The notes under the pieces were generated by a model. The model did no database searches, was not told the DNA's origin, and saw nothing but the letters and a program-made list of their open reading frames with translations. This document shows positions 38,900-48,084 of a stretch of 64,000 nt of DNA, piece by piece (within the stretch, counting starts at the first letter, position 1; the number at the start of each line of letters is the position of its first letter). Source of the stretch: an uncultured Clostridia bacterium (GTDB lineage Bacteria > Bacillota > Clostridia > Christensenellales > CAG-917); contig CALABJ010000029.1 in the NCBI GenBank assembly GCA_937885645.1, positions 52,679 to 116,678 of the forward strand, read 5' to 3'. A program made the position numbers and the translations under genes.

Positions 38900-38931
38900 C
38901 AAAAAACCCTCGCAAATGAACTGCGAGGGCT
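38900..38931 (-). terminator. Intrinsic terminator after hydA (end of the rex-adhE-hyd operon)
   Basis: Minus strand reads CCCTCGCAgttcattTGCGAGGGtttttt. Confidence 0.7.
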
Positions 38932-38955
38932 TGTTTTACACATACTTTCAAGCGC

Positions 38956-40386
38956 TTATTTCAAGATTGAAACTGCATCACCGATTGTTTTTTCAAAGGC
39001 TTCACGGCCATATTTGTCAACATCGGATTTGCTCTTTTCGCCGTGGGTGAGGCATCCTGCTCCGCCTATACATCCGCCCACACAGGCCATTCCTTCAATG
39101 AAGTTGCCGTCAAGAATGCCTTTGTTCAGTTTGAGAAGTGCCATACGGCAAGCTTCAATTCCGTCACAAACTACGGGCTTAATTTCGAAGTCGATATTTT
39201 GCTCTTTCATAGCTTGTTTTGTTGCGTCTGTAAGACCTCCGCTACGAGCAAATATGCGACCAAAGTAAGATGCATTGTCAAGGACGCCTTCTTCAAGGGT
39301 TTCAATTTGAATGTCTCTGCTGTCAAACAATGCTTGAAGCTCCTCAAAAGTGAGGACTGTGTCAACATAAGGCTTGACTTCTTCAAGCTGTGCTTCTGCC
39401 TTCTTTGCGGTACAAGGACCGATGAAGATGACCTTTGCGTTGTGAGTTGTTTCCTTGATATACTTTGCAAGCACTGCCATAGGTGACATATTGTGTGAGA
39501 TATGCTCGACAAGGTTGGGGAAAGCAGATTTGATATATTGCACGAATGCAGGACAGCAAGAACTTGTAAGAAGTCCTTTTTCAGAAAGTTCTTTTGCTTC
39601 TGCCATGGCAACCATATCTGCCCCCAGTGCTGCTTCGATGACATCGTGGAAACCAAGCTTTTTCAGTCCAGTCACCACTTGACCCAGCTTTGCATAAGAG
39701 AATTGGCTTGAAATTGAAGGAGCAACAACGGCATAAACCTTGTAGTTGCCTCCTCTTGTGTTCCTCTCACTCTTTTTGAGGATATCAATGGCGTTGACCA
39801 TATAGGACTTGTCCATGATTGCGCCGAAAGGACATTGATATACGCAAGCTCCGCATTGAATGCATTTGGAGTTGTCAATCTTTGCCGCTTTTTCTTCATT
39901 CATTGAGATTGCCTTCACCTTGCAAGCATTTTGACAAGGGCGTTTACGGCTGACGATTGCCGTATAAGGGCAAACTTTTGCGCAAGCTCCGCACTCTTTG
40001 CACTTTGTTTTGTCAATGTGTGCAACGTGGTTTTGGTCAAAAGTGATTGCTCCAAATTTGCACACGTCTTCACAGCGGTGTGCAAGACAACCACGGCAAG
40101 CATTGGTGACTTCAAATCCGCCTACGGGACATTCATCACAGGCGATTTCAATGACTTCGATGATGTTGGGATTGTCCTTGTCGCCACCCATGGCAAGCTT
40201 CACTCTTTCGCCGAGGATTGCGCGTTCTTTATATACGCAGCAGCGCATGGTAGGCTCGTTGCCGGGGACAAGACGCTTGGGGATGTCGATGAGATTTTCA
40301 AGGAGCTTATCTTCCCACGCAAGACGTGCCACTTCACGCAACACTTTATATTTCAAATATTGCACTTTGGTATCAAATTTACGCAT
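38956..40386 (-). CDS. hydA: [FeFe]-hydrogenase catalytic subunit with N-terminal ferredoxin-like clusters
   Basis: 476 aa. Two CxxCxxCxxxCP motifs. H-cluster motifs TSSCCPAFV, GPCTAKKAE and EGMACVGGCIGGAG. Confidence 0.85.
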   Translation of the reverse strand: MRKFDTKVQYLKYKVLREVARLAWEDKLLENLIDIPKRLVPGNEPTMRCCVYKERAILGERVKLAMGGDKDNPNIIEVIEIACDECPVGGFEVTNACRGCLAHRCEDVCKFGAITFDQNHVAHIDKTKCKECGACAKVCPYTAIVSRKRPCQNACKVKAISMNEEKAAKIDNSKCIQCGACVYQCPFGAIMDKSYMVNAIDILKKSERNTRGGNYKVYAVVAPSISSQFSYAKLGQVVTGLKKLGFHDVIEAALGADMVAMAEAKELSEKGLLTSSCCPAFVQYIKSAFPNLVEHISHNMSPMAVLAKYIKETTHNAKVIFIGPCTAKKAEAQLEEVKPYVDTVLTFEELQALFDSRDIQIETLEEGVLDNASYFGRIFARSGGLTDATKQAMKEQNIDFEIKPVVCDGIEACRMALLKLNKGILDGNFIEGMACVGGCIGGAGCLTHGEKSKSDVDKYGREAFEKTIGDAVSILK

Positions 40387-40398
40387 TTTATACCTCCA

Positions 40399-41571
40399 TT
40401 AGAAATAACTTACCTTGATACGTTTGCCCATTTTTCTGAGGCAAGCAGACAGCTCTTCAACCAAATTCATTTTGATGTTGAAATTGATAGGAAGATCTGG
40501 GTTTTGGTGGGCGGGGTTCATTGCTCTACCCACGTAGAAATTGATGTCGGTCGCCTCTTCAAAGAGCAGTCGGCTTATGAGAGATGCGCCGTCTTTTTTG
40601 AAGTTCCAGTCCTCATAAAGCTCGTTCTCACCAAGATAATCTTTGGCATATTGAATGACCTTGTTCATTGTGATGACACCCTCTGTCACAAGATCTACTC
40701 CTTCGATCTTTGCAATGGGCGGAACGTCACTGCGTTCAAAACTCAGACAGACCTCCACTTTTTTGCCCAAATATTTGGCTGCGATAGAAGAAGTCGTACC
40801 ACCACAGATGATGTGCTTTCCTTCCTTTGAGAAAAACAGCGACATCATACGATTGGCATCGTCACGGTTTGAGGGAGGACCAAACAAAATGTTCATAGGT
40901 TCTCTCTTGCGGATCTTTATCACGCAAGCGGTGGTGTCATCGCCGGGCTTGTGTCCATAGAGCTTGTCGCACTCGTCAACCAGCATTGTAGATAGGTTTT
41001 TTGCAGTATATCCTCCTGCCACAAGGGTGAGCATATAGTCTGCAATATCCTCTCTCTTCCAACCAAAGTTGTACACACCGCCCATGCCTGCGTGAGGACA
41101 GCCGTCACTCATAGCAACAAACACGTCGTCTTCTTGCAGTTTGATTGTGGACTTGTATATCTTCTTTCCGCCGATGTTTATTTCGGTCTTCGGATAGTCA
41201 TACACCTCGTAATTTCTTATGATAATCACGTGAGGATTGTCGTACTGGATGATCTCTGCAATCTCGTTGTCAAGCAAATGCAAGATTGTAAAAGTGGAAT
41301 ATGCCACCCCTCTCACCGAGCATACGGGAAGAGTTGCTGCAATGGTTTCAACGCACTCCTCAATGGGGAGTCCCGCCGCCATCATGGTGGAGATAATCTT
41401 GGACGTCAAGGTTGAAAGAATGCTGGCTTTGACACCACTTCCAAGCCCGTCTGCAAGCACAATAACTGTGGAGTTTTCATTTTCCTCTACCACATCAACG
41501 TGGTCACCGCAAAGCTCCTCTCCTACGTGATTGATGCTTTTATATCCGATGTCTGCACACAAATCATTCAT
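40399..41571 (-). CDS. PP2C/SpoIIE-family serine phosphatase with an extra C-terminal domain
   Basis: 390 aa. The N-terminal ELCGDHVDV...VLADGLGSGVKASI...MSDGCPHAG pattern fits SpoIIE-type phosphatases. Overlaps the hydS stop by 8 nt. Confidence 0.78.
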   Translation of the reverse strand: MNDLCADIGYKSINHVGEELCGDHVDVVEENENSTVIVLADGLGSGVKASILSTLTSKIISTMMAAGLPIEECVETIAATLPVCSVRGVAYSTFTILHLLDNEIAEIIQYDNPHVIIIRNYEVYDYPKTEINIGGKKIYKSTIKLQEDDVFVAMSDGCPHAGMGGVYNFGWKREDIADYMLTLVAGGYTAKNLSTMLVDECDKLYGHKPGDDTTACVIKIRKREPMNILFGPPSNRDDANRMMSLFFSKEGKHIICGGTTSSIAAKYLGKKVEVCLSFERSDVPPIAKIEGVDLVTEGVITMNKVIQYAKDYLGENELYEDWNFKKDGASLISRLLFEEATDINFYVGRAMNPAHQNPDLPINFNIKMNLVEELSACLRKMGKRIKVSYF

Positions 41572-43243
41572 CGCCGATGGACTCCTTCAATTTGGTCAAG
41601 GCAATCTTTGTTTCTGCGGCAGTTTCGCCAAGCAGAGATGCGATTTCTTGTACGATTCTCATTTGCTTTTCAACGACAGTGTCCGCAACTTCAACAGTTT
41701 GTTTGTTGATTCTTGCCTTCTTTTCTCTGTCGGCTTCTTCATCGGTGATGTCACGCATGATGCCGATGAGCATGCGAGAATCGGGATCATAGACCACTGT
41801 TTGTTCTACATATTTTTTGTATTCAGCAAGATAAGTGCGTTGATCTCTCACCGATCTTCCGCTATTTTTCACCCTCATAAACAAAGTGGGGTCAAGGATA
41901 CGCACCACAGGCTCACCGAGCACATCGGATGCGGAACGAATGTTCATTATCTTTCTTGCTGCGTTGTTGATTTGTTGGACTTCAAGGTTTTCGTTCAAAA
42001 CGATAAGACCATTGGGGGTGTTTTTGACGATTGTGTCAGAAAAACTTTCCGCCTTGTCTTTAAGATAGGGCAAGCACATTGAGATTTCTGCCTTGCCTTG
42101 GATGATTGCCACTGCTTTTTCACGGCAAGAATTGTATCCGCAAGATCCACAATTCAGCTCATCTGACGGCTTAAATTTGCCCATTTGACGAAGGACTGCC
42201 ATGATTTCGCTTTCAGTGGGAGGAGCAAGTTTCTTCTCAATCTGCGTGAAATATTTTCTCAGGCTCATAGGAGCGGGTTGCTCCACTTCAAAATCGCGCT
42301 CGCCTGCATAGCTTGCCACAGTCACATAATCCTTAATAGGTGATGTGTTGTGATATTTTTCCATGACAGGACCGCCAATGCAACTGCCAACGCAAGCGGA
42401 CATTTCAATAAAGCACTTGTGGGTCTTTCCGTTTTCAATGTCCTTCAAAGCAGCAATGCAGTTTTCAACACCGTCAATGGCGATATATGTATAGCCGGGG
42501 ATTCTTTCTGCCATTGTCTTCAACACACCACCGGTGGTGGGGAAGAAACGTGCACGGCTTTCAGGGGTGTTGTCCACCTCTTTTTCAAGCTCAATCCCTT
42601 CGTTTTTCAGCCAGTTTGTAAGCTCTTCGAAGGTGAGGACTGCGTCAACCAGCCCTTCATAGTGCTCTGCTTCGTCTTTCTTTGCCACGCAAGGTCCGAT
42701 GAAGACGGTCTTTGCGTCTGGCATTCTTCTCTTGATGTCTGCGCAGTGGGCTTGCATAGGTGACATGACGTCTGCAAGATATTCCAGTGCAGAAGGAAAA
42801 TGCTTTTGGATGAGCAAGTTTATTGAGTGACAGCAAGAGGTGATGACGATATCTCTTTTTTCTTCGGCAAGCAAACGCTCATATTCCGTCTTTACGATGG
42901 TTGCGCCGATTGCTGTTTCCTCAACATCAAAAAATCCCAGTGATTTCAGTGCTTTGCGCATTGACTCAATGCCTACGCCATCATAGTTGGCAACAAATGA
43001 AGGTGCAAGACTGACCACAACAGGTGCTCCGCTTTGAAGCAAAACTCTTGCCTTCTCTGTGCTGTCAACGATTTGCTTTGCATTTTGAGGACAAACGACA
43101 AAGCAATGACCGCACAAAATGCACTCATTGCCTATGATATGTGCCTGATTTCCTGAAAAACGGATTGCCTTTACAGGACAGTGACGGATGCACTTATAGC
43201 AATTTTTACAGTTTGATTTTTTTAAAGTCAAGCAATTTGCCAT
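41564..43243 (-). CDS. hydS: Sensory-type [FeFe]-hydrogenase homolog with C-terminal Cys cluster and PAS domain (HydS-like)
   Basis: 559 aa. N-terminal 4Fe-4S motifs. H-domain motifs ITSCCHS, GPCVAKKDE and EMSACVGSCIGGP. These are followed by CGSCGYNSC and a PAS-like segment (IVKNTPNGLIVLNENLEVQQINNAARKIM). Confidence 0.82.
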   Translation of the reverse strand: MANCLTLKKSNCKNCYKCIRHCPVKAIRFSGNQAHIIGNECILCGHCFVVCPQNAKQIVDSTEKARVLLQSGAPVVVSLAPSFVANYDGVGIESMRKALKSLGFFDVEETAIGATIVKTEYERLLAEEKRDIVITSCCHSINLLIQKHFPSALEYLADVMSPMQAHCADIKRRMPDAKTVFIGPCVAKKDEAEHYEGLVDAVLTFEELTNWLKNEGIELEKEVDNTPESRARFFPTTGGVLKTMAERIPGYTYIAIDGVENCIAALKDIENGKTHKCFIEMSACVGSCIGGPVMEKYHNTSPIKDYVTVASYAGERDFEVEQPAPMSLRKYFTQIEKKLAPPTESEIMAVLRQMGKFKPSDELNCGSCGYNSCREKAVAIIQGKAEISMCLPYLKDKAESFSDTIVKNTPNGLIVLNENLEVQQINNAARKIMNIRSASDVLGEPVVRILDPTLFMRVKNSGRSVRDQRTYLAEYKKYVEQTVVYDPDSRMLIGIMRDITDEEADREKKARINKQTVEVADTVVEKQMRIVQEIASLLGETAAETKIALTKLKESIGDE

Positions 43244-43247
43244 ATCG

Positions 43248-43511
43248 TCATCTCCTTTCTTTTTCTATGACGTCAAGTATATTCTTCTTGAAAAATTCTC
43301 TGAAATTATCTCTTGTCACACCTACGTGGACATCATCATTTATCTGCACGGTCACTCCCACTCTGTTGCACTTTCCAATGCAAAAACTGCCCGAAAGCAC
43401 GATTTCATCTTCGATGTGGTGTTCCTCCATTGCCTTTTGAAACAGTTCAACTATTTCTTGAGAGCCTTTGAGGTGACAAGCAGAGCCAACACAAATTTGA
43501 ACAAAAAACAT
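43248..43511 (-). CDS. Thioredoxin-like [2Fe-2S] ferredoxin, copy 2
   Basis: Starts MFFVQICVGSACHLKGS...FCIGKCNRVG. ATG at 43511 lies 1 nt after the upstream stop. The track start at 43559 overlaps that gene. Confidence 0.75.
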   Translation of the reverse strand: MFFVQICVGSACHLKGSQEIVELFQKAMEEHHIEDEIVLSGSFCIGKCNRVGVTVQINDDVHVGVTRDNFREFFKKNILDVIEKERR

Positions 43512-43512
43512 A

Positions 43513-43758
43513 TTATTGCACCTTTGCGAGCACTTCTTTTGCAAAGAACTCTTCAACACCGTCAGGGGTGACTGAGTGGAATGTGTCGTTGACTGTCACG
43601 CAAACACCAAGTTGGCAATTGCCCATGCAGAACGTACCACCAAGTTCAACTTTGTCTCCAAGTTTGTTTTCTGCAATCAAGTATTGAAGTTGTTCAACCA
43701 CTTGACGTGAACCCTTGATATGGCAGGAACTTCCAATGCAAACTGTTATTTTAAGCAT
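43513..43758 (-). CDS. Thioredoxin-like [2Fe-2S] ferredoxin, copy 1
   Basis: 81 aa. MLKITVCIGSSCHIKGS...FCMGNCQLGV, with the same Cx4C...Cx3C spacing as its neighbour. Confidence 0.75.
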   Translation of the reverse strand: MLKITVCIGSSCHIKGSRQVVEQLQYLIAENKLGDKVELGGTFCMGNCQLGVCVTVNDTFHSVTPDGVEEFFAKEVLAKVQ

Positions 43759-43791
43759 AATTTTTACCTCTCTTAATTCGTAAATTTGGGA

Positions 43792-43818
43792 GCTTGATGC
43801 GGGAATCCCGCATCAAGC
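43792..43818 (-). other. 27-nt perfect palindrome/hairpin between the kinase and ferredoxin genes
   Basis: GCTTGATGCGGGA-a-TCCCGCATCAAGC. No convincing U-tract on either strand. Confidence 0.5.
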
Positions 43819-43836
43819 ATTTGTGATGAAACTGAA

Positions 43837-44586
43837 TTATTGATAATCGACGACGCCGACCCAGCTCATAAGGAATTCACGTTCCTTTTCATTGCCATTG
43901 ACTGATTGAGATGCTGCAACAATGGGCATCCATTTTTGAACATATCTCTTTTCAGTATTACTCTTCTTACAGAAAGTGTCAAGATAAATTTCTGCACCGC
44001 TGATGTCGCCGTTGAGCCAGAACAAAAGATATGTGCGTGCAACGTCTGCTGATGCATTGCCTTGTGTTGCGTGGGACCAGTCCAGGATATAAGGCACGCC
44101 GTCTTCACTGATGATTACGTTTGAAGGGTTAAAGTCGCCGTGGCACACTTTGTTGTGTTTGGGCATGCCTTCAAGACGGGTGTGAAGGTCATATCTCGTT
44201 GTGGCGTCAAAATCGGTTTCTGCAATCTTACGACGCATTTTGTCCATCAGTTTGTTGAGAAGGGGGGATGTCTTTGCGTGGACACTCATTTGAAGGTCAA
44301 CGAGATATTCAATATATTCCGCCTTCTTGTCGGGGTTTTCTGCCATAAGTTGTGCAAGGGTTTTGCCTTTGATATATTCAGAAACAATTGCCCACTTGCC
44401 ATCAATCATGGTCACTTCAAGGATTTTGGGGATATTCAATCCTGTTTCCTCGATTCTTGCTTGGTTCAGTGCTTCGTTGAGCACATCTGCCTTGGAATAC
44501 TCTGCATTGAACACCTTGATGCATCTATCGCCATCGCGATAAATGGTTTTGCTGTTTCTTACTGCAATTACTCTATCAAGATTCAT
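43837..44586 (-). CDS. APH/choline-kinase-fold phosphotransferase (putative protein kinase)
   Basis: 249 aa. Catalytic-loop motif VCHGDFNPSNVII and DWSHA. AAGGAGG RBS 17 nt after the adhE stop. Confidence 0.72.
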   Translation of the reverse strand: MNLDRVIAVRNSKTIYRDGDRCIKVFNAEYSKADVLNEALNQARIEETGLNIPKILEVTMIDGKWAIVSEYIKGKTLAQLMAENPDKKAEYIEYLVDLQMSVHAKTSPLLNKLMDKMRRKIAETDFDATTRYDLHTRLEGMPKHNKVCHGDFNPSNVIISEDGVPYILDWSHATQGNASADVARTYLLFWLNGDISGAEIYLDTFCKKSNTEKRYVQKWMPIVAASQSVNGNEKEREFLMSWVGVVDYQ

Positions 44587-44603
44587 TTTATTTCCTCCTT
44601 AAA

Positions 44604-47300
44604 TTACGCCTTTTTGCCCTTACGATAAGGGGTTTTGATGGGGTCAACCTTTGCTTCTGTCAAATCGGTTGCGGGCATTGCCTCCTCGACAAAGTGCTTG
44701 CCATAGTAGGCGTTAAGGTACATTTGCTTGATTTCGCTCATAAGAGGATAACGAGGGTTTGCGCCTGTGCATTGGTCGTCAAATGCTTGCTCAACCATGT
44801 CGTCAAGACGGTCAAGGAAGTCTTTTTCGTCCACGCCGTAGTCCTTGATGGTTTCCTTGATTCCAACACGTGCTTTGAGGTCGTTGATTGCCTTGATGAG
44901 GCCTTCAAGTTTTTCCTCATCGCTGTTGCCCTTGATTCCAAGATAATCTGCCACTTCTGCATATCTTGCCAAGGTGTGAGGATGATCGTATTGTGAGAAT
45001 GTTCCCATCTTTGCAGGGGCTTCTGCTGCGTTGAATCTGATGACTTCTTCAATCATAAGTGCGTTTGCAACACCGTGAGGGAGATGATGGAATGCACCAA
45101 GTTTGTGTGCCATTGAGTGGCAGACACCAAGGAATGCGTTTGCAAATGCCATACCTGCCATTGTGGCTGCATTTGCCATCTTTTCACGGGCTTCCACGTC
45201 GTTTTGACCGTTGTCGTATGCTCTGGGCAAATATTCAAATATCACTTTCAGTGCGCGGAGTGCAAGGCCGTCGGTGTAGTCTGTTGCAAGCATTGCTGCG
45301 TATGCTTCAAGTGCGTGTGTCACTGCGTCAATACCTGATGCGGCGGTGAGACCACGAGGTGCGGACATGTGGAAATCGGTGTCGATGATTGCCATGTCAG
45401 GGAGAAGTTCATAGTCTGCAAGAGGATACTTGACGCCAGTCTTTTCGTCTGTGATGACTGCAAAAGGAGTGACTTCTGAACCTGTGCCTGCGGAGGTGGG
45501 GATTGCGATGAAGTATGCCTTTTCGCCCATCTTGGGGAAGGTATAGATTCTCTTGCGGATGTCAATGAATCTCATTGCCATATCCATAAAGTCTGCTTCG
45601 GGATGTTCATAAAGCACCCACATAATCTTGCCTGCGTCCATTGCTGAACCACCGCCAAGTGCGATGATGGTGTCAGGCTTGAATGCTCTCATTTGTGCTG
45701 CACCCTCTGTTGCGTTTGCAAGAGTGGGGTCAGGTTGCACGTTGAAGAAAGTGGTGTGTTGAATGCCCATTTCATCAAGTTTGTCTGTGATAGGCTTTGT
45801 GTAGCCGTTTTGATAAAGGAACGTATCTGTGACGATAAACGCTCTCTTTGCGCCTCTGACTGTTCTCAATTCATCGAGAGCCACGGGGAGGCAACCCTTT
45901 TTAATGTAAACCTTTTCAGGTGTTCTAAACCAAAGCATATTTTCTCTCCTCTCTGCCACTGTTTTGATGTTGATAAGGTGCTTGACGCCTACGTTTTCGG
46001 ACACACTGTTGCCACCCCAAGATCCGCATCCCAGTGTAAGGGAGGGAGCCAGCTTGAAGTTGTACAGGTCGCCGATACCGCCTTGTGCGGAGGGAGTGTT
46101 GACAAGAATACGGCATGTTCTCATTCTGCTTGCAAATGCATGAAGTTTTTCTTTTTCCGTAATCTCGTTGACATAGAGAGATGATGTATGTCCAAATCCG
46201 CCATCTTCAACAAGTTTGTCTGCCTTGTCCAGTGCTTCTTCAAAGGTCTTTGCCTTGTACATTGCCAGCACGGGAGAGAGCTTTTCGTGAGCAAATTCCT
46301 CAGAAAGTTCAACGCTTTCCACTTCACCGATGAGGATTTTTGTTCCAGAAGGAACGCTTACGCCTGCCAATTCAGCAATCTTTGCTGCCTTTTGACCAAC
46401 GATTTTTGCGTTGAGTCCACCGTTGATGATGATTGTCTTGCGGACCTTTTCGGTTTCCATAGGATTGAGGAAATAACATCCACGGGCTGCAAACTCTGCC
46501 TTCACTGTGTCATAGATGCTTTCAAGCACGATGACTGATTGCTCTGATGCGCAAATCATGCCGTTGTCAAAGGTCTTTGAGTGAATGATTGAGTTGACTG
46601 CAAGGAGAATGTCTGCGGTGTCATCAATGATTGCAGGGGTGTTGCCTGCGCCAACGCCGAGAGCGGGTTTTCCGCTTGAATATGCGGCTTTGACCATGCC
46701 GGGACCACCGGTTGCGAGGATGATGTCTGCCTCTTTCATGACTGCGTTTGTCATTTCAAGAGAGGGCACGTCAATCCAATCAATGATGCCTTCGGGTGCG
46801 CCTGCGCTGACTGCTGCTTCAAGCACCAATTTTGCTGCGGCAATGGTGGATTGCTTCGCTCTGGGGTGAGGGCTGATGATGATTGCATTGCGAGTCTTCA
46901 ATGCGATGAGGCACTTGAAGATTGCAGTAGAAGTGGGGTTTGTTGTGGGGATAACTGCGGCAATCACACCGATAGGTTCTGCGATTTTTTTGATGCCGTA
47001 TGCTTTGTCCTCTTCAATCACTCCGCAAGTTTTTGTGTCTTTGTATGCGTTGTAGATGTATTCGGCTGCGTAGTGATTCTTGATGACCTTATCCTCTACG
47101 ATGCCCATTCCGGTTTCTTCAACCGCCAGTTTTGCAAGAGAGATTCTTGCCTTGTCTGCAGCGGATGCTGCTGCCAAGAAGATCTTGTCAACCTGCTCTT
47201 GTGTGTAGGTTGCAAAAACCTTCTGTGCCGCTCTTACGCGAGCGATCGCACCGTGAAGTGCTTCCACACTGTCAACGATTTCGTACTTTTTGGTTCCCAC
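44604..47300 (-). CDS. adhE: Bifunctional acetaldehyde-CoA / alcohol dehydrogenase
   Basis: 898 aa. N-terminal ALDH domain and C-terminal iron-ADH domain (GGGSAMDAGK; HSMAHKLGAFHHLPHG). Confidence 0.96.
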   Translation of the reverse strand: MGTKKYEIVDSVEALHGAIARVRAAQKVFATYTQEQVDKIFLAAASAADKARISLAKLAVEETGMGIVEDKVIKNHYAAEYIYNAYKDTKTCGVIEEDKAYGIKKIAEPIGVIAAVIPTTNPTSTAIFKCLIALKTRNAIIISPHPRAKQSTIAAAKLVLEAAVSAGAPEGIIDWIDVPSLEMTNAVMKEADIILATGGPGMVKAAYSSGKPALGVGAGNTPAIIDDTADILLAVNSIIHSKTFDNGMICASEQSVIVLESIYDTVKAEFAARGCYFLNPMETEKVRKTIIINGGLNAKIVGQKAAKIAELAGVSVPSGTKILIGEVESVELSEEFAHEKLSPVLAMYKAKTFEEALDKADKLVEDGGFGHTSSLYVNEITEKEKLHAFASRMRTCRILVNTPSAQGGIGDLYNFKLAPSLTLGCGSWGGNSVSENVGVKHLINIKTVAERRENMLWFRTPEKVYIKKGCLPVALDELRTVRGAKRAFIVTDTFLYQNGYTKPITDKLDEMGIQHTTFFNVQPDPTLANATEGAAQMRAFKPDTIIALGGGSAMDAGKIMWVLYEHPEADFMDMAMRFIDIRKRIYTFPKMGEKAYFIAIPTSAGTGSEVTPFAVITDEKTGVKYPLADYELLPDMAIIDTDFHMSAPRGLTAASGIDAVTHALEAYAAMLATDYTDGLALRALKVIFEYLPRAYDNGQNDVEAREKMANAATMAGMAFANAFLGVCHSMAHKLGAFHHLPHGVANALMIEEVIRFNAAEAPAKMGTFSQYDHPHTLARYAEVADYLGIKGNSDEEKLEGLIKAINDLKARVGIKETIKDYGVDEKDFLDRLDDMVEQAFDDQCTGANPRYPLMSEIKQMYLNAYYGKHFVEEAMPATDLTEAKVDPIKTPYRKGKKA

Positions 47301-47315
47301 TTTATTTGTGTCCTC

Positions 47316-47939
47316 CTAAAATTGATTACTGATTTGATTGTTGAGATAGGCGAGAGACAACGCCAAATTCTCTTGTTTGAGAAGCACTCCGTCTGGCACT
47401 TTCAGTGTGACAGGGGCAAAATTCCAAATGGCTTTGACGCCACTTGCCACAAGACTGTCACAAACTTCTTGCGCCGAGGCTTGACCTACCGTGATAATGC
47501 CCAGCTTTATGCCGTGACTGCGACAAAAAGCTTCAAGCTCTACCATCGGCAGAATTTCTTTTGAGCCATTTTGCAGTGCGGATTCATCGCGGTCAAATCC
47601 TGCAACGATCTTCACTCCAAAAGCCTCAAATCCTTCATAGTCAAGAAGTGCTCTGCCCAGCTTTCCTGCTCCAACGAGAACTGCGCTTGTCAATCTCTCA
47701 TATCCGAGATGGCGTTCAAGATCGGCGATCAAGGTTTCTTGCATATAACCAATCTTGGGCTTTCCTGCACCGCTGACCACGGCCAGGTCTTTGCGGACTT
47801 GCACGTCACCAAGCGAAAGGCCTTTTGCAATTGCTGTTGCAGAAATGGTTGCTCCCTTAACTTTGGGCAGGCTTTTGAGATACTGCAAATACAGCGGAAG
47901 CCTTCCAAACGTTGCCTTGGGGACAGAATGTCCGTTCAT
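47316..47939 (-). CDS. rex: Redox-sensing transcriptional repressor Rex
   Basis: Winged-helix N-terminus (RLPLYLQYL...ISATAIAKGLSLGDVQVRKDL) and Rossmann motif VLVGAGKLGRAL. I prefer ATG at 47939 (GGAGGTGG RBS) over the track start at 47960. Confidence 0.9.
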   Translation of the reverse strand: MNGHSVPKATFGRLPLYLQYLKSLPKVKGATISATAIAKGLSLGDVQVRKDLAVVSGAGKPKIGYMQETLIADLERHLGYERLTSAVLVGAGKLGRALLDYEGFEAFGVKIVAGFDRDESALQNGSKEILPMVELEAFCRSHGIKLGIITVGQASAQEVCDSLVASGVKAIWNFAPVTLKVPDGVLLKQENLALSLAYLNNQISNQF

Positions 47940-47965
47940 ATGCCACCTCCTTTTTATCAATCAAT

Positions 47966-47994
47966 ATTTTAGCACGGGATTGACACTGTGAGAA
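47966..47994 (-). promoter_or_regulatory. Candidate extended -10 promoter of the rex operon
   Basis: Minus strand reads TGCTAAAAT (TGn plus TAAAAT) with a weak -35 TTCTCA at 17 nt. Confidence 0.4.
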
Positions 47995-48045
47995 ATACTA
48001 AAATGTTATATCAGTATTATCAATATCGATATATTCCATATCAAT

Positions 48046-48077
48046 ACAAAAAATGACCCTGCCTTAGGCAAAGTCAT
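48046..48077 (-). terminator. Strand-specific intrinsic terminator after the LysR gene
   Basis: Minus-strand RNA forms an 11-bp stem (two G:U pairs) followed by UUUUUU. The plus-strand version would have C:A mismatches. Confidence 0.65.
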
Positions 48078-48084
48078 TCATAGT

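Noticed and set aside
47961-48084. Looked for a Rex operator (TTGTGAA/TTGTTAA-n-TTCACAA/TTAACAA) upstream of the rex-adhE operon and in the 43759..43836 gap.
   Set aside because: Only isolated half-site-like strings were found (TTGTGATGAAAC at ~43821; TGTTATATCAGTATTATCAA at 48004), with no dyad symmetry. I could not support a call.
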